In this document: positions 24,789-35,214 of the stretch, in pieces | How the letters are laid out: each line of letters opens with the position of its first letter | Position numbering within the stretch: position 1 is the first letter of the stretch | DNA from: Vitrella brassicaformis CCMP3155 | Taxonomy: Eukaryota > Protista > Chromerida | Reading direction: 5' to 3' | DNA length: 64,000 bases | Assembly (NCBI GenBank): GCA_001179505.1 | Contig: CDMY01000351.1 | Span: 1 to 64,000, forward strand | Notes under the pieces: model-generated | What the model was told of the DNA's origin: nothing | Databases searched by the model: none | Seen by the model: only the letters and a program-made list of their open reading frames with translations | Made by a program: the position numbers and the translations under genes

Positions 24789-24975
24789 ATGATGGGCAAT
24801 GGCATGCTTGGTGGTCTCAGTGTGTTCGTTCCGTCGGTCACCTGTCAGGAACGCCTCGTTACCCTTGAGAAGCTTCCGGCGTCTCTTCTCGGGGATGAAG
24901 TTGGCGGCCAGAAAGAAGGCGCCGCCCAATGCCAGCTCACCAAGAAGCAGGCCAAACATCTTCGGTTCGTTTGGG
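24789..24975 (+). pseudogene. Possible orphan F-box-like exon upstream of copy 6
   Basis: ...VTLEKLPASLLGDEVGGQ...LTKKQAKHLRFV resembles an F-box start (LxxLPxELL...L.....L..V); no clear continuation. Confidence 0.3.
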
Positions 24976-25133
24976 GCCAGGGGATTGGTTTCACGCTCTG
25001 CGGCACCCTGCTCCCCCCCTCCCTCCCCCCTCTCCCTCCCCTCCCGACGCTGACATCTGCCAAATCAGCTATTTTCCTCCTCGCGATCGTGGCTCTTCAC
25101 CGGCGTGTTTTCTCCACCTGATCTCGTCATCAG

Positions 25134-26966
25134 ATGCAGCAACCGCAGCATCATCAGCAGCAGCACCCCTTCTCGTATATCTTCGTCGACCGGCGCACCT
25201 ACTGGCTGCTCAGCATAGAGGACGTCGTGCGGCTGAGGGCCACCTGCACGTGGCTCAGAGATCTCTTCGGAGCCGTCCAGCTGAGAGATCGGCTCCGCCA
25301 CTCTGTCGGCTCACAGGCGGGGCTGCGGCGGGTGGTGAATGGGCGGCAAGTGCAGCTGCTGGGCTTCGACGACGACCAGTTCGGCACACATGATCTGCTG
25401 GCGGCTGTGTGTGTGGTGGAGCAGGGGCCATGGGACGAGATCGGCGAGGTGCTTGAGGTGGCGGCGCAGTTCGCACCCTACCGCTACTGCTACTGCGCGA
25501 ATTGCATCTTTGATGATTTGCCTCCTGATGCTGAGCCACTCATCCACCTGAATTATGAGCTGCCCGGCATCATCACAGCCGATGACATCCGATGACATCA
25601 ACACACACGCAAACAAGACGGTGAGCCAGCAAACAGAGGGGCGGGGAGGGAGGGAGGGGGCTTCATTCTCTCTGTCTGTGTGTGTGTGGTCGTGTGTGTA
25701 GGCGTATAGATCGGTTCCCCGTGTGTTGGCGCAGCTCAAGATGGTCGGCCGCCACCTGGAGTTCGGTTGGGACAACACACACCGCTGCCTGCAGCTGTTC
25801 CAGCACGGCGATGAGTGGCGGGCCATCGAGGACGAGCCCGGCTTCCGGCTGGAGGTCGACCCGCCCCTCCCTGCGGGCCATCTGTATCGGCAGCACCGAC
25901 GGGGGCACGACCCACCAGTGACCTGCCGGATCACGTTCGAAAACACCTGGGACGTTGGATGGGGATCCTTCTACGAATGGGTGTCGACCGGTGGTCCGGA
26001 GACATATGCGTCGGAGACATATGCGTCGGTGTCTTCATTCGCCAAGCGGATGATCCTCAAGCACTGCTTCCTCATTCCGTCACATTCGACATGACTCAAC
26101 AGGTATGTCTGTAACACGTCAATGGCACTAGTGGCAAGAGAGGTGCGTGGTTCATTCTGTGTGTCCGTGTGGTTGGTTCAGGTATGTTAGTGGCGGCCGC
26201 TTGCATGGCCTGCTGACCGAGTCGCTCCACACACGAGTGGCGGGATGCACCACGACAGTGAGCAGCTCTGACGGTCGTGTGCGAGAGCTGGTGCTGACCG
26301 ACAACAACCGCCCCTTCGCCGCATTGCTTTTTATTGAGGATATCGGAAACAACCGAGGTCAGAATGACTGACGGACAGGCGGCCGCATACATGTGGCGTG
26401 TTCCGCCTGCCTTCCTTGTCTGCAGTGTCCGTGTGTGTCGAGACCACTGACGAACCCATGGGTGGGAGTCAGCTGCGCAAGCAACACGTCGCCACTCAGC
26501 TGGCTCGTGTGGCATTTGGCGCGGTGGCGCCATACGTCTTCGACGGACGACTGCAGCAGCAGCAGCAGGAGAGGGATGAGACCAACGGCGGCGATGGTAC
26601 GGACAGCTAAGGGGGGAGACGGGGACACAAGTGACAGCAATGATGAGATTGATGGCCACCGGACCCTCTGTGTGTGTGTGTGTGTTTGCTGTAGATGGTG
26701 GTGGTGGCGCTGGTGGCGGCAATGATTTGGATGACGTAGGAGAGGGCACTGCAGGTAGACAGGAAACCAGGCCGTCCCACATCACATACGACAAACAGCA
26801 CATGTGTGGTCCCTCACATCGATCAAGCCGCCCGCAATTACATCCATGTCTGTCTGTCTGTCTGTCTGCGTGTGCGTGTGCGTCTACGGCAGGTGGGGGT
26901 GCCGCAGCAGCCGGAGGGGCCAGCAACTGCTACTATATTGCAAGAGATGGCCGCCGCTCATGGTAA
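25134..26966 (+). pseudogene. Poly-Q/F-box-like family, copy 6, pseudogene
   Basis: A 10-nt tandem duplication cgatgacatc (25580-25599) creates a frameshift and TGA. A second in-frame TGA lies at 26092-26094, just before the conserved LNR| donor. Confidence 0.8.
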
Positions 26967-27999
26967 TGCTGTTGCCGCCTCCGTGTCTGTGTGGCGTTGC
27001 CACATTAGTGAGGCCACTCACTCGGTACTTTTTGTAGCGCTGCTGTTGGCGAGCGGCCGAATGGCTGGCTGGTGTGTCTGCGTGTGCGCGTGTGTGTTTG
27101 TTTGCCCTCAAGTGGCGGACTTTGCACATCTGCCTTGGAAGCTGTGCTGTGCCATGCTGTGTGCCTGCCTGACGGTCTGGACTCACTCACTGGCCTCGCC
27201 GATTGATTTGTTGTTTCGTGATGGACAATTAATTGTAGAGTGAATTTGTCTTGTACCATATGACGATCAATCAGACGACACGCTCCCAAGAAATCGAGAA
27301 CGCCATTCGGACAACTGCAGGGCTGCTGGCGATGAATGGATGACGTCGATGGCACATTCATCGTCATGATGTCTCTCTCATCTCATATGAATGGTGCTTG
27401 CAAAGCCGAATGTGTTGGCTGGCCTCTGTGAGGGCAGACATCGCACAATAAATGCGTCTCTGGTGGACTGACTGACACAACTTTGCCGCTCATTCCTGCG
27501 CCACCACCCGCTGGTGTCAGTCATCTCATTGAAGGAGATTGAACCTTCAGCCCGCCGCCCCACACCCCACACCCATGCCATGCAGTGTCCGAATTACACT
27601 CGTGTCAGTCAGTCGATGGACGGCAATCGACGCAGCGCAGCTGCCTGCCTGCCTGTCGGGGTGACAGAGATGCGCACAGAACACACCTCAGTCTCACTCA
27701 CTGTACTCAACGAATTGCAGCCATGCACACACACAAGCGGCCGAGCCACTCACTCCTGCCCACACACATCATCCGGCCAGCCAGTCCACATTAAGTCACT
27801 CACTCGCTGACTCACGCAGACAGACAGGCAGATGCTTTCAAAACTCTCTCAGATCGATGCAGGCAGCGCCTCCCTCTCCCGGTCCCTCACTCAGTACTGA
27901 ATTTCTGGTGTGTCTTGGTGCGGGCGGTCTAATGGGTGTGTGTGTGTGGTCCTGAGGGGTGGGTGGAGTAGTTCGTTGATGGGCAAGTTAGTCAGCCAG

Positions 28000-30452
28000 T
28001 CAGTCGTCGACGTGGCCGTTGCGCTGCTCCTCGCGGTCACGGTCGGCCTCCCTGAATGAAAAGGATTCCAAGGCATACACACACAACACCCAAACGACGC
28101 GAATAAGAACAAGTGCATGTGAATGCGTCTCTCTCTCTCTCTCTCTCTCCCCTCCTTACTTGTCTCGGTCGTCGCGTCGCTCATCGCGACGGTCGTCATC
28201 GTAGCCACGGTTGTCACGGTCACGATCGCGGTCGCTGCACATTACCGGAGAGCACCGTGTCAACACAATACAACAAGGAGTCGGTGTCAATCGTCGTCAG
28301 TGTCGTGTGTGTGTTGCTTTTCTGGCTCACGCGTCGCGTCCGGCGTCGTGGCCCTCGCCCCCGCGGCCCTCGCGGTCCTCAAACACCTGAATCTCCACAC
28401 ACAGACACACACAACAGACAGCAAGATGGACGCAGGCGAACGAGGCAGACAAAGCCATGCAAGCACAGCACAGTTCAGGGCAGGTAGAGACCAGAGGCGG
28501 GCAGCACAACAGAGAGATAGATACAGAGGAAGAGAGCGACTCAGCCAGACAGACAGACAACACAGTGAAGTCAGACCAATCAGCTACCGTGTCACCTCCT
28601 TCCTCCTCCTGTGGGCGATGGGTGGATGCCATGTATGACGCGCCCGCCCGCCCGCCAGAGGGGGAGGGGATGGAGGGGAATCAGGGAGGGAGGGAGAGGG
28701 ACACACCACACATAGGGGGCAGGGCAGGCAGGGCAGCACCAGTCACGGACGGCACGGCACGGCTGGCTCTTGTCCGGTCCATCCCATCCTAGGGTACGCA
28801 CGGCAAGGCACAGCAAGGCACGGCAAGGCACGCAAAAGGTCTCTCGTGGGCTGGATCCCTTGCTCTGCTCCATCAGTCCAGCAGGCAGCCAGGCATCCAC
28901 CCATCCATTCCAGGTAGGCAGCCAGCAGCAAAAGCACGGTTGGATGCATCCATCTAGTGAGCCCAAAAAAGCCTCGCTCGCTGTCTCTCGGCTCGTCCCA
29001 TGAGTCCATGGATAGCATGGCTGGCGATCCGATCGGCTCGGCTCGGCTCCCTCCTGGGGGAAGGCCTTGTGTGTTCATGTCTACGGATCTCCCTTGCTTG
29101 CTCCTCCCTCTCTCAATGGTCCTTAGATGGATAGATAGGCCCCCTCTTCTCCCGCCCGGCAGCCACGGCATTCACGGCACCACACGCAGGGGAAGGAAGG
29201 GCACGCAGGCAGGGAGGACGGGCCAGGCAGGATGGCTCCATCCCTCCCTCGGTCGTCGTGTGTGGCTATGCTATCCACCTACCCGTATCTCTCCTGACGA
29301 GAAGGGGTTCTTGAACGTAGACCCATTCAGACGCTTGATGGCGTGAAGCATGTCCTGCAGCCACCGCACGTCACAGTGTGAGGTGAGAGATGCATGGCGA
29401 ATGCGGCGTCGTGTGTGTGCCCTCCCGCGTGTTGCCTGCCCTGCCCATCTCACTCACCTCCTCTCTCTCGTACTCAACAATACCTTTCTGCAGCACACAC
29501 AGCACATACACACACAGGTGTTCGCTCATCGAGGCTCCATGCCTGTCCTGTATCTGTGTGTGTGGTGTGGTGTGGTGTGGTGTGCGGTGCCTGCCTCGCT
29601 CACTCACTCCCTCACCCCGTGTTCGACGTTTGCGTATCCGACGGCGCCGGCCGACCGCATGTGGTCCTTGAGATCCTGCCAACTGGCGCTGTCCGGCAAC
29701 CCCTCCACTATCACACGATACTCGGTCCTGTACATGTAAAGAACCACATCAAACACGCAAACGCAGCTGATGAGACCTCTGGGAGGGAGACGGGCGAGTG
29801 TGCATGGGTGTTTCCTCACCGTTTGGGAGGGTTGGATCCCTTCCTGAACCCGTCGTAGGGTCCGTTGCGCCGCGGGCGTCGCTCTCCTGTGAACTGGACC
29901 TTCAGGCGGTTACCGCCGAAGCGCATCCCGTCACGCATCTCCACCGCATCACCAGCATCCCTGTAGGCACACACCGCACACAACACACGGCAGAGCGTCA
30001 ACGGTGGCGTGTGGTCCCTCTCTCCGTGCACTGTGTGTGTGGATGTGTGTGTGTGTGTGTGTATGTGTGTCTGACCGAGGGTCGCTGAACTCGACGAAGG
30101 CGTAGGCCGTGCCGTTGGAAGTGCGGCCAGTTTTGATCTCGATGTCCACGATGCGGCCAAACTGGACACAGAGACACCCCACGCACATACAGACGATCAA
30201 CAGACGGCGCAACACGCGCCATTGTCCTGTCTGTGTCAGTGTCTCCGTCTCTCTCGCCAGCTGCCTTCCCACCGCCTCCTTCCCCGCCTCATTCTCCGTC
30301 TCGCGTGTCCTCTGTGCATCCTTGCTGCCTCCCTGCCTTTTCGGTGTGTGCTGTGCTGTGGTTACCTTGTAGAAGACGTCATCGAGCTCCGACTCACGGA
30401 CGTCGTCGGGCAGGTTGCCGATATATATCCTGGCTGAATCGTTGCGCACCAT
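28000..30452 (-). CDS. SRSF1: SRSF1/ASF-SF2-like splicing factor: two RRMs and an Arg/Asp-rich tail
   Basis: RRM1 [22 protein letters not shown]|[10 protein letters not shown]...[11 protein letters not shown]|[11 protein letters not shown]; RRM2 with the diagnostic [10 protein letters not shown] motif; then GEIR|[10 protein letters not shown]...[25 protein letters not shown]|[16 protein letters not shown]. Confidence 0.88.
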
Positions 30453-30602
30453 GGTGGCTACCAAAGCTCCTCAACTCCCGATTCCTGCTTCCTTCTTCGT
30501 AAGGAAGCTCGCACCTGCCGGCTAGGGCGCTTCCCGAAACCGTTGCTTCTGCTGAGCTCGGAAAAAACGCACAGGCAGCTGTTATCCATCGTTGATATAT
30601 AG

Positions 30603-31143
30603 ATGCCTTTCCCTCCGCAAGCAGCGGCTGCATCTTCTCCGGCGGGGGACGATGCCACCTGCGCCAAGATCGGCACCGCTCTCTCCTGCTGCTTTCCACC
30701 CACAGGCTTCGGGGTAAAGAGAGATCTGATCTGCACGCCAGGCACACGCACACAGGGGTGGCGAGCATGTCTGCATCAAGATCCACGAACACCTACCTCT
30801 AATGTATTCTGCTGCGCTGCTGTTGTGTTGTTGTCTGCAGGTGTGGTGGCTGTACCGAAAGCAGCCCGAGGGGTCCAACCTGCACAAGTGGTCGCGCTAC
30901 GCCCTCTACGCAGCCATCCTCTTCACTGTGATATGGGTCATCATCCTGCTCACGTCGGTGTCCAAGTTCATAGTGTGGGTGATTCTGATCCTGGGAGCCG
31001 TGGCGGGGGGGCTGTGGGCGTGGCGGAACTGCAGAAGAGGCGAGGCGCTGCGGTTTGCGGACCAGACGGGGGGCCATGCGCAGGGAGGCAGTCAGGGGGG
31101 CGGGACGGAGTTACCCACGCCCATTGGTGTGGCGAGGACATAG
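30603..31143 (+). CDS. Small two-exon membrane protein
   Basis: MPFPPQ...CCFPPTGFG|VWWLYRKQPEGSNLHKWSRYALYAAILFTVIWVIILLTSVSKFIVWVILILGAVAGGLWAWR; two to three hydrophobic helices and a GT-AG intron (~30715-30840). Confidence 0.7.
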
Positions 31144-31959
31144 CTAGGGAGAGAGGGCGGGTGACTGTGTTAGGTGGTCTTTGTTCGGTACTGTAAGTAA
31201 TTCAGTCAGCACCGAGGAAGGGAAGGCAGGGAGAAAGAGTGGCGTGCCACCGAGGAAGGAAGGGATGTGTATGTGGGATGATGGAGCATTTGCCCTGCCC
31301 TGCCCTCCCCAGTCTTGTCATTGAGCATGGCGACGCATCCTGATCGGCCTGCCTGCCATGTGCGCAGAACTGTGCATGCATTGCAAGGCGGTCGAGATGC
31401 GCCGCTGTTTTCATAGACAGAACCAAAGAGAGAGACGATGGGCGTGTCGGTCACTTAGACTGCCGGCGGGAGTCTGCCACACAGGGAGAAGGAGAGGAAA
31501 CAGAAGTACGTGTAAGTCCGTCAGTCAGTACGTATGTGTCCGTCACTCATGTGATCTTTTGCGATCCCTCACCACAGCCAGTCCAATTTGTTTGGTGTAG
31601 ATGGATACCAGGCATGGCGCAGAATCTGTCCCATGGTTCTTGCGCCATCCCTGTGTGCTGGCTGCGCTAAACAGGGTGGATGCTGGCGGGGACGAGACGC
31701 CCGAGAGAATCGATGGTGTGTTGATGACATCCGTGTGTGCCATGTACGATAATTTTCCATGTGGACAGTGAATGTCATCGGCCGTCCATGCACTCAATGC
31801 ACGCACACGGAACACAGCACTGCTCTTCAAACCCGCACGACGGCACCATACACATACATATGCTGCAGTGCACCGTATTCAATCCTCTACAGTCCCAGCC
31901 AATTTCCTATCCGGCCATCTCATCCCATCCATCCACACACCACAAGGCCCTATCACCAA

Positions 31960-34092
31960 TCAGCTCTCCCCCTCAGTCTCATCTTGCTCTGCCTCATCTG
32001 ACCCACCCTCACTGCAACCAACCGAGCTGGCCGGCCCACCATCCCCGACACTCACTGCCGCAGACCTCTCAAACACACGGCCGGAGGCCGCAGACGACAC
32101 CTCCTGCACAGCAGCAGACTCGGCAGACACAACCGATGTCTCTGCCGTCTCCTCTGTTGACTTGACGTCTTGATTCAGGCGCTCCTTCATCTCTGCCAGC
32201 CACTTCGGCAGGGGCGCGGCGAGAGCAGCCGCCCGCACCTTCTCGGGTTGCTCTCTCTTTTCTGGGTGGGGACGAAGCACGGAGAGGCTCTTGTTGCGTC
32301 GCAGGGGTCGCTCCACCGGCCGATGTGCTTGCAGTATGTCATGCCAAGTGTCCTTGGGCAAGCCCCAGGTAGAAAGGGAGTCGACCCGCGTGAAGTAGCC
32401 CTTCAGTGCCCTGTCGTATTGGATGTGATCTGGGTCTTCTGAGAGCAGGTAGCGGCGCTTCTCCTGCATTGCCGGCCATTTGTGCGACTTGATGAAGCCC
32501 TTGGCCAGAACCGGATTGACGTACCCCCACAGCTTCGAGACATTTCGTCGGCACTTGGCGAAGATCCCCTTCCATGTCTCAAGTGGCGAGCCGTCGACTG
32601 TCGAAAGGATCCTTGTGTTTAAGTTGCAGCTGATGGCGGCATTCTTCTTTCTTGTGTCGCCAACCGCTGTTGACTTGTTGCCCTCACTCTTGGCAGCAAA
32701 GGGCGCGATGGACGCGCGGCAGTGGGGCAGAGCTGGCGGGAGATTCACCGACCACTTGAGCGTCACGGGCAACGACATTTCGGCAAGTAGGCTGTGGCTG
32801 GTGAATGCAGGGGTGCACAGGAGCTTCATGGGCTCCTCCAGTGGGCAGAGGTCGAAGAGACGTCGGCTGTGTTCCACGCCGACGACGGGATCCCGTGTCT
32901 CATGGTGGATCAGCAGCGGGCACCGCACAAACTTGACGAGGTAGTCGTTCCGCATCAGGGGGCGGAGGTCGATGCCGCTGCCCTTGACCATCATGCGCGT
33001 GATGGAGCCGATGATGGCTTTGGAGTAGATGTCGGCCGCGATGGCTTCGATGGACGAAAAGGGCGACAGCAAGATGAGCCCGGCAGGGTCTGTGCCATAC
33101 TGCAGCTGACAGAAGTGATTGGCAACCAGCGCTGCGCTGCAGCCGATTGACGCGCCTGCGGGAGACATGTATCAAGCTTCGCAAATCGGCGTGTGTCCTT
33201 CATGCATTCGTCGTCTGGCTACCGATGAGAATAAGGTTCTCGACGGGCCTCTTCAGCTCCTCCACCATGAAAGTCACAATCCGTTTGGCGCGTGCCTCGA
33301 ATTCTTCCACAGTCGACACGTTAGTGGACTGCTCATCACGGTAGCCCGGATACTCGCATATGAACAAATCCATTCGCAACACCTGAAGGCAAGAAAAAGA
33401 GAAAGGCACCGAGCCGAGACACCACAGTACATGAGTCAATCAGCCGGGTGAGTGTCGCCCATTGCTGTACGGACGTCCATCAGCAGTCGCATCCCCTGGC
33501 AGGCACACATTGAGACACACACACACACACACACACACAGAGGCATTCGTTCATTCATGAGAAGCGGCCCTTTTCCCGCAGGCACACAGTGTCACACCGG
33601 CCTCGCAAGAGAGTCTCGCATGTCCTGCACACACGCACACACAACCACACAGACAACCACACACACAACCACACACGAGGCGTCGTGCATTCACTTGCCC
33701 CAGCAAAGCAACAGCGTCTTCCCCCTTCTCCTCCTCGACGCACCTCGGCATTGGCATGGAAGAACACGCCGACGTGCCCCCCAAAGGCCCCTCCATTCGG
33801 CAAACAAAACACGGGAAACCGCTTCACCTCCCCTTGATCCTTCTTGTCGCTTTTGTCGGCAGACTCAGCCTGGGGCTCGTCCACAGCCGGCCACGCAATG
33901 TAGTTGCTGAATGTGTCCTCGAAGCTGGGATCCTCAACGAGATCCGCCTTCACAAAAAGAGAAGGCAGAAGCAAGAGAAGACGGTCAAAGGTGCGTCGGA
34001 GGTGTATTTGTGTTCCTTTCTACCGAGCCTGGAAACAAGAGGGCTCGCAAGAGAGTCGAACAGAAGGACTGGAGGCGTGTTTGAGGTGGCAT
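31960..34092 (-). CDS. ABHD17/ABHD13-like alpha/beta hydrolase with a long C-terminal extension
   Basis: VFFHANAE, CEYPGY, nucleophile LIG|ASIG, GLILLSPFSSI, PLLIHHETRDPVV (Asp) and TSHS (His) are the motifs of this serine-hydrolase family. Confidence 0.85.
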
Positions 34093-34228
34093 TTTCTTCG
34101 ACGGCTTCCCGCTCAAATCGCAGAGCTCTGAGCTCGCACTGCTACTCCCTTTCTTTTTCGCTGCTGCCGCCGCACCCTTCCTCAGTGCATCTGCATCTGC
34201 ATCTGCATCCACATCTACAGATCCGCCC

Positions 34229-35214
34229 ATGCCGACGGTCTCCCACTCGGTGCTGTCAGAGAACCAGCTAGTCACCTTCCGCACCAAGCGATGCTCGCGA
34301 GGCGGGCGGTGCGACCCCGGCAGCTGTGTGTTCAGCCACAGGCACCAGGGCGGCGTGCGTCGGAGTCCCTTCGTCCGGGGCAGCACACAGGTGCTGGCGT
34401 ACTGCCACTTGCCGTGTCCACAGGGGCACATGTGTGTGCGAGGCCGCGCATGTCCGATGGCACACACGGAAGGTCAGCACGAGACAGGCAGGGGAGACGG
34501 GAGAGAGACGGAGGGAGGCGTATGTGTGTTCTGTCTGTGTGTTGTGTGTTGTGTGTGCAGAGGAGATCTATTTCCACCCGCTGACGTACAAGACGAGGGT
34601 GTGCCCGTCTCGCTCATGCAGCCGCAAGCACTGCCCCTTCATTCACGGCTTCGCTGAGGAGCGGAGAGGTCAGAAACTCCACACACAGACAGACACATCC
34701 AAACAAGAGAGAGACCTACGTTCACCTCACCCACCCTGTGTGTGGTGTGTGTGTTGATTCCATCCATCCATCAGACATGCGCTACTTGATGCGTTTCGAG
34801 GCCTTCGACGACGCCGGGCTGCCCTACCCACCGATGGCGACCTTGACCATCCACACCGACGGCACCACCATGCTGCAGCTGTCGGCCACCCCCGCACACC
34901 CTCCCCTCCTGGACCTCGTGCAGCAGCAGCAGCACCGACACATCACCACACACAACAAGGCGCCGGTGGTCGTCGGCGACACCGGCGGCGCACCAGACGA
35001 AGGCGACGAGATGGGCACCACGGGCGAGTGCGTGAGCACCACCACGGCGTCATCCACTCAGTCGACCATTCCGCCCCCTCCCGTCCTGCTGCCGGCCGGC
35101 GTCATGGCCCCGCACCCCGGCCTGGCCAGTGTGTTCCCGGATGACCCGCAGGTGTCGTGCCAGCTGGCTGCCCTCTTCATGGCCTGGGACGGCATGGTGG
35201 ACATGGGCAACTGA
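34229..35214 (+). CDS. Tandem CCCH zinc-finger protein, Unkempt/plant-TZF-like
   Basis: FRTKRCSRGGRCDPGSCVFSH...YCHLPCPQGHMCVRGRACPMAHTE|EEIYFHPLTYKTRVCPSRSCSRKHCPFIHGFAEERR matches the Unkempt/TZF spacing (AH..E..HP..YKT..C....C.R..CPFAH...E.R). Confidence 0.85.

Noticed and set aside
4398-26102. Diversity-generating-retroelement-like explanation for the hypervariable segment
   Set aside because: Differences between copies involve all four bases plus indels rather than being adenine-specific, and no RT or template repeat is visible.
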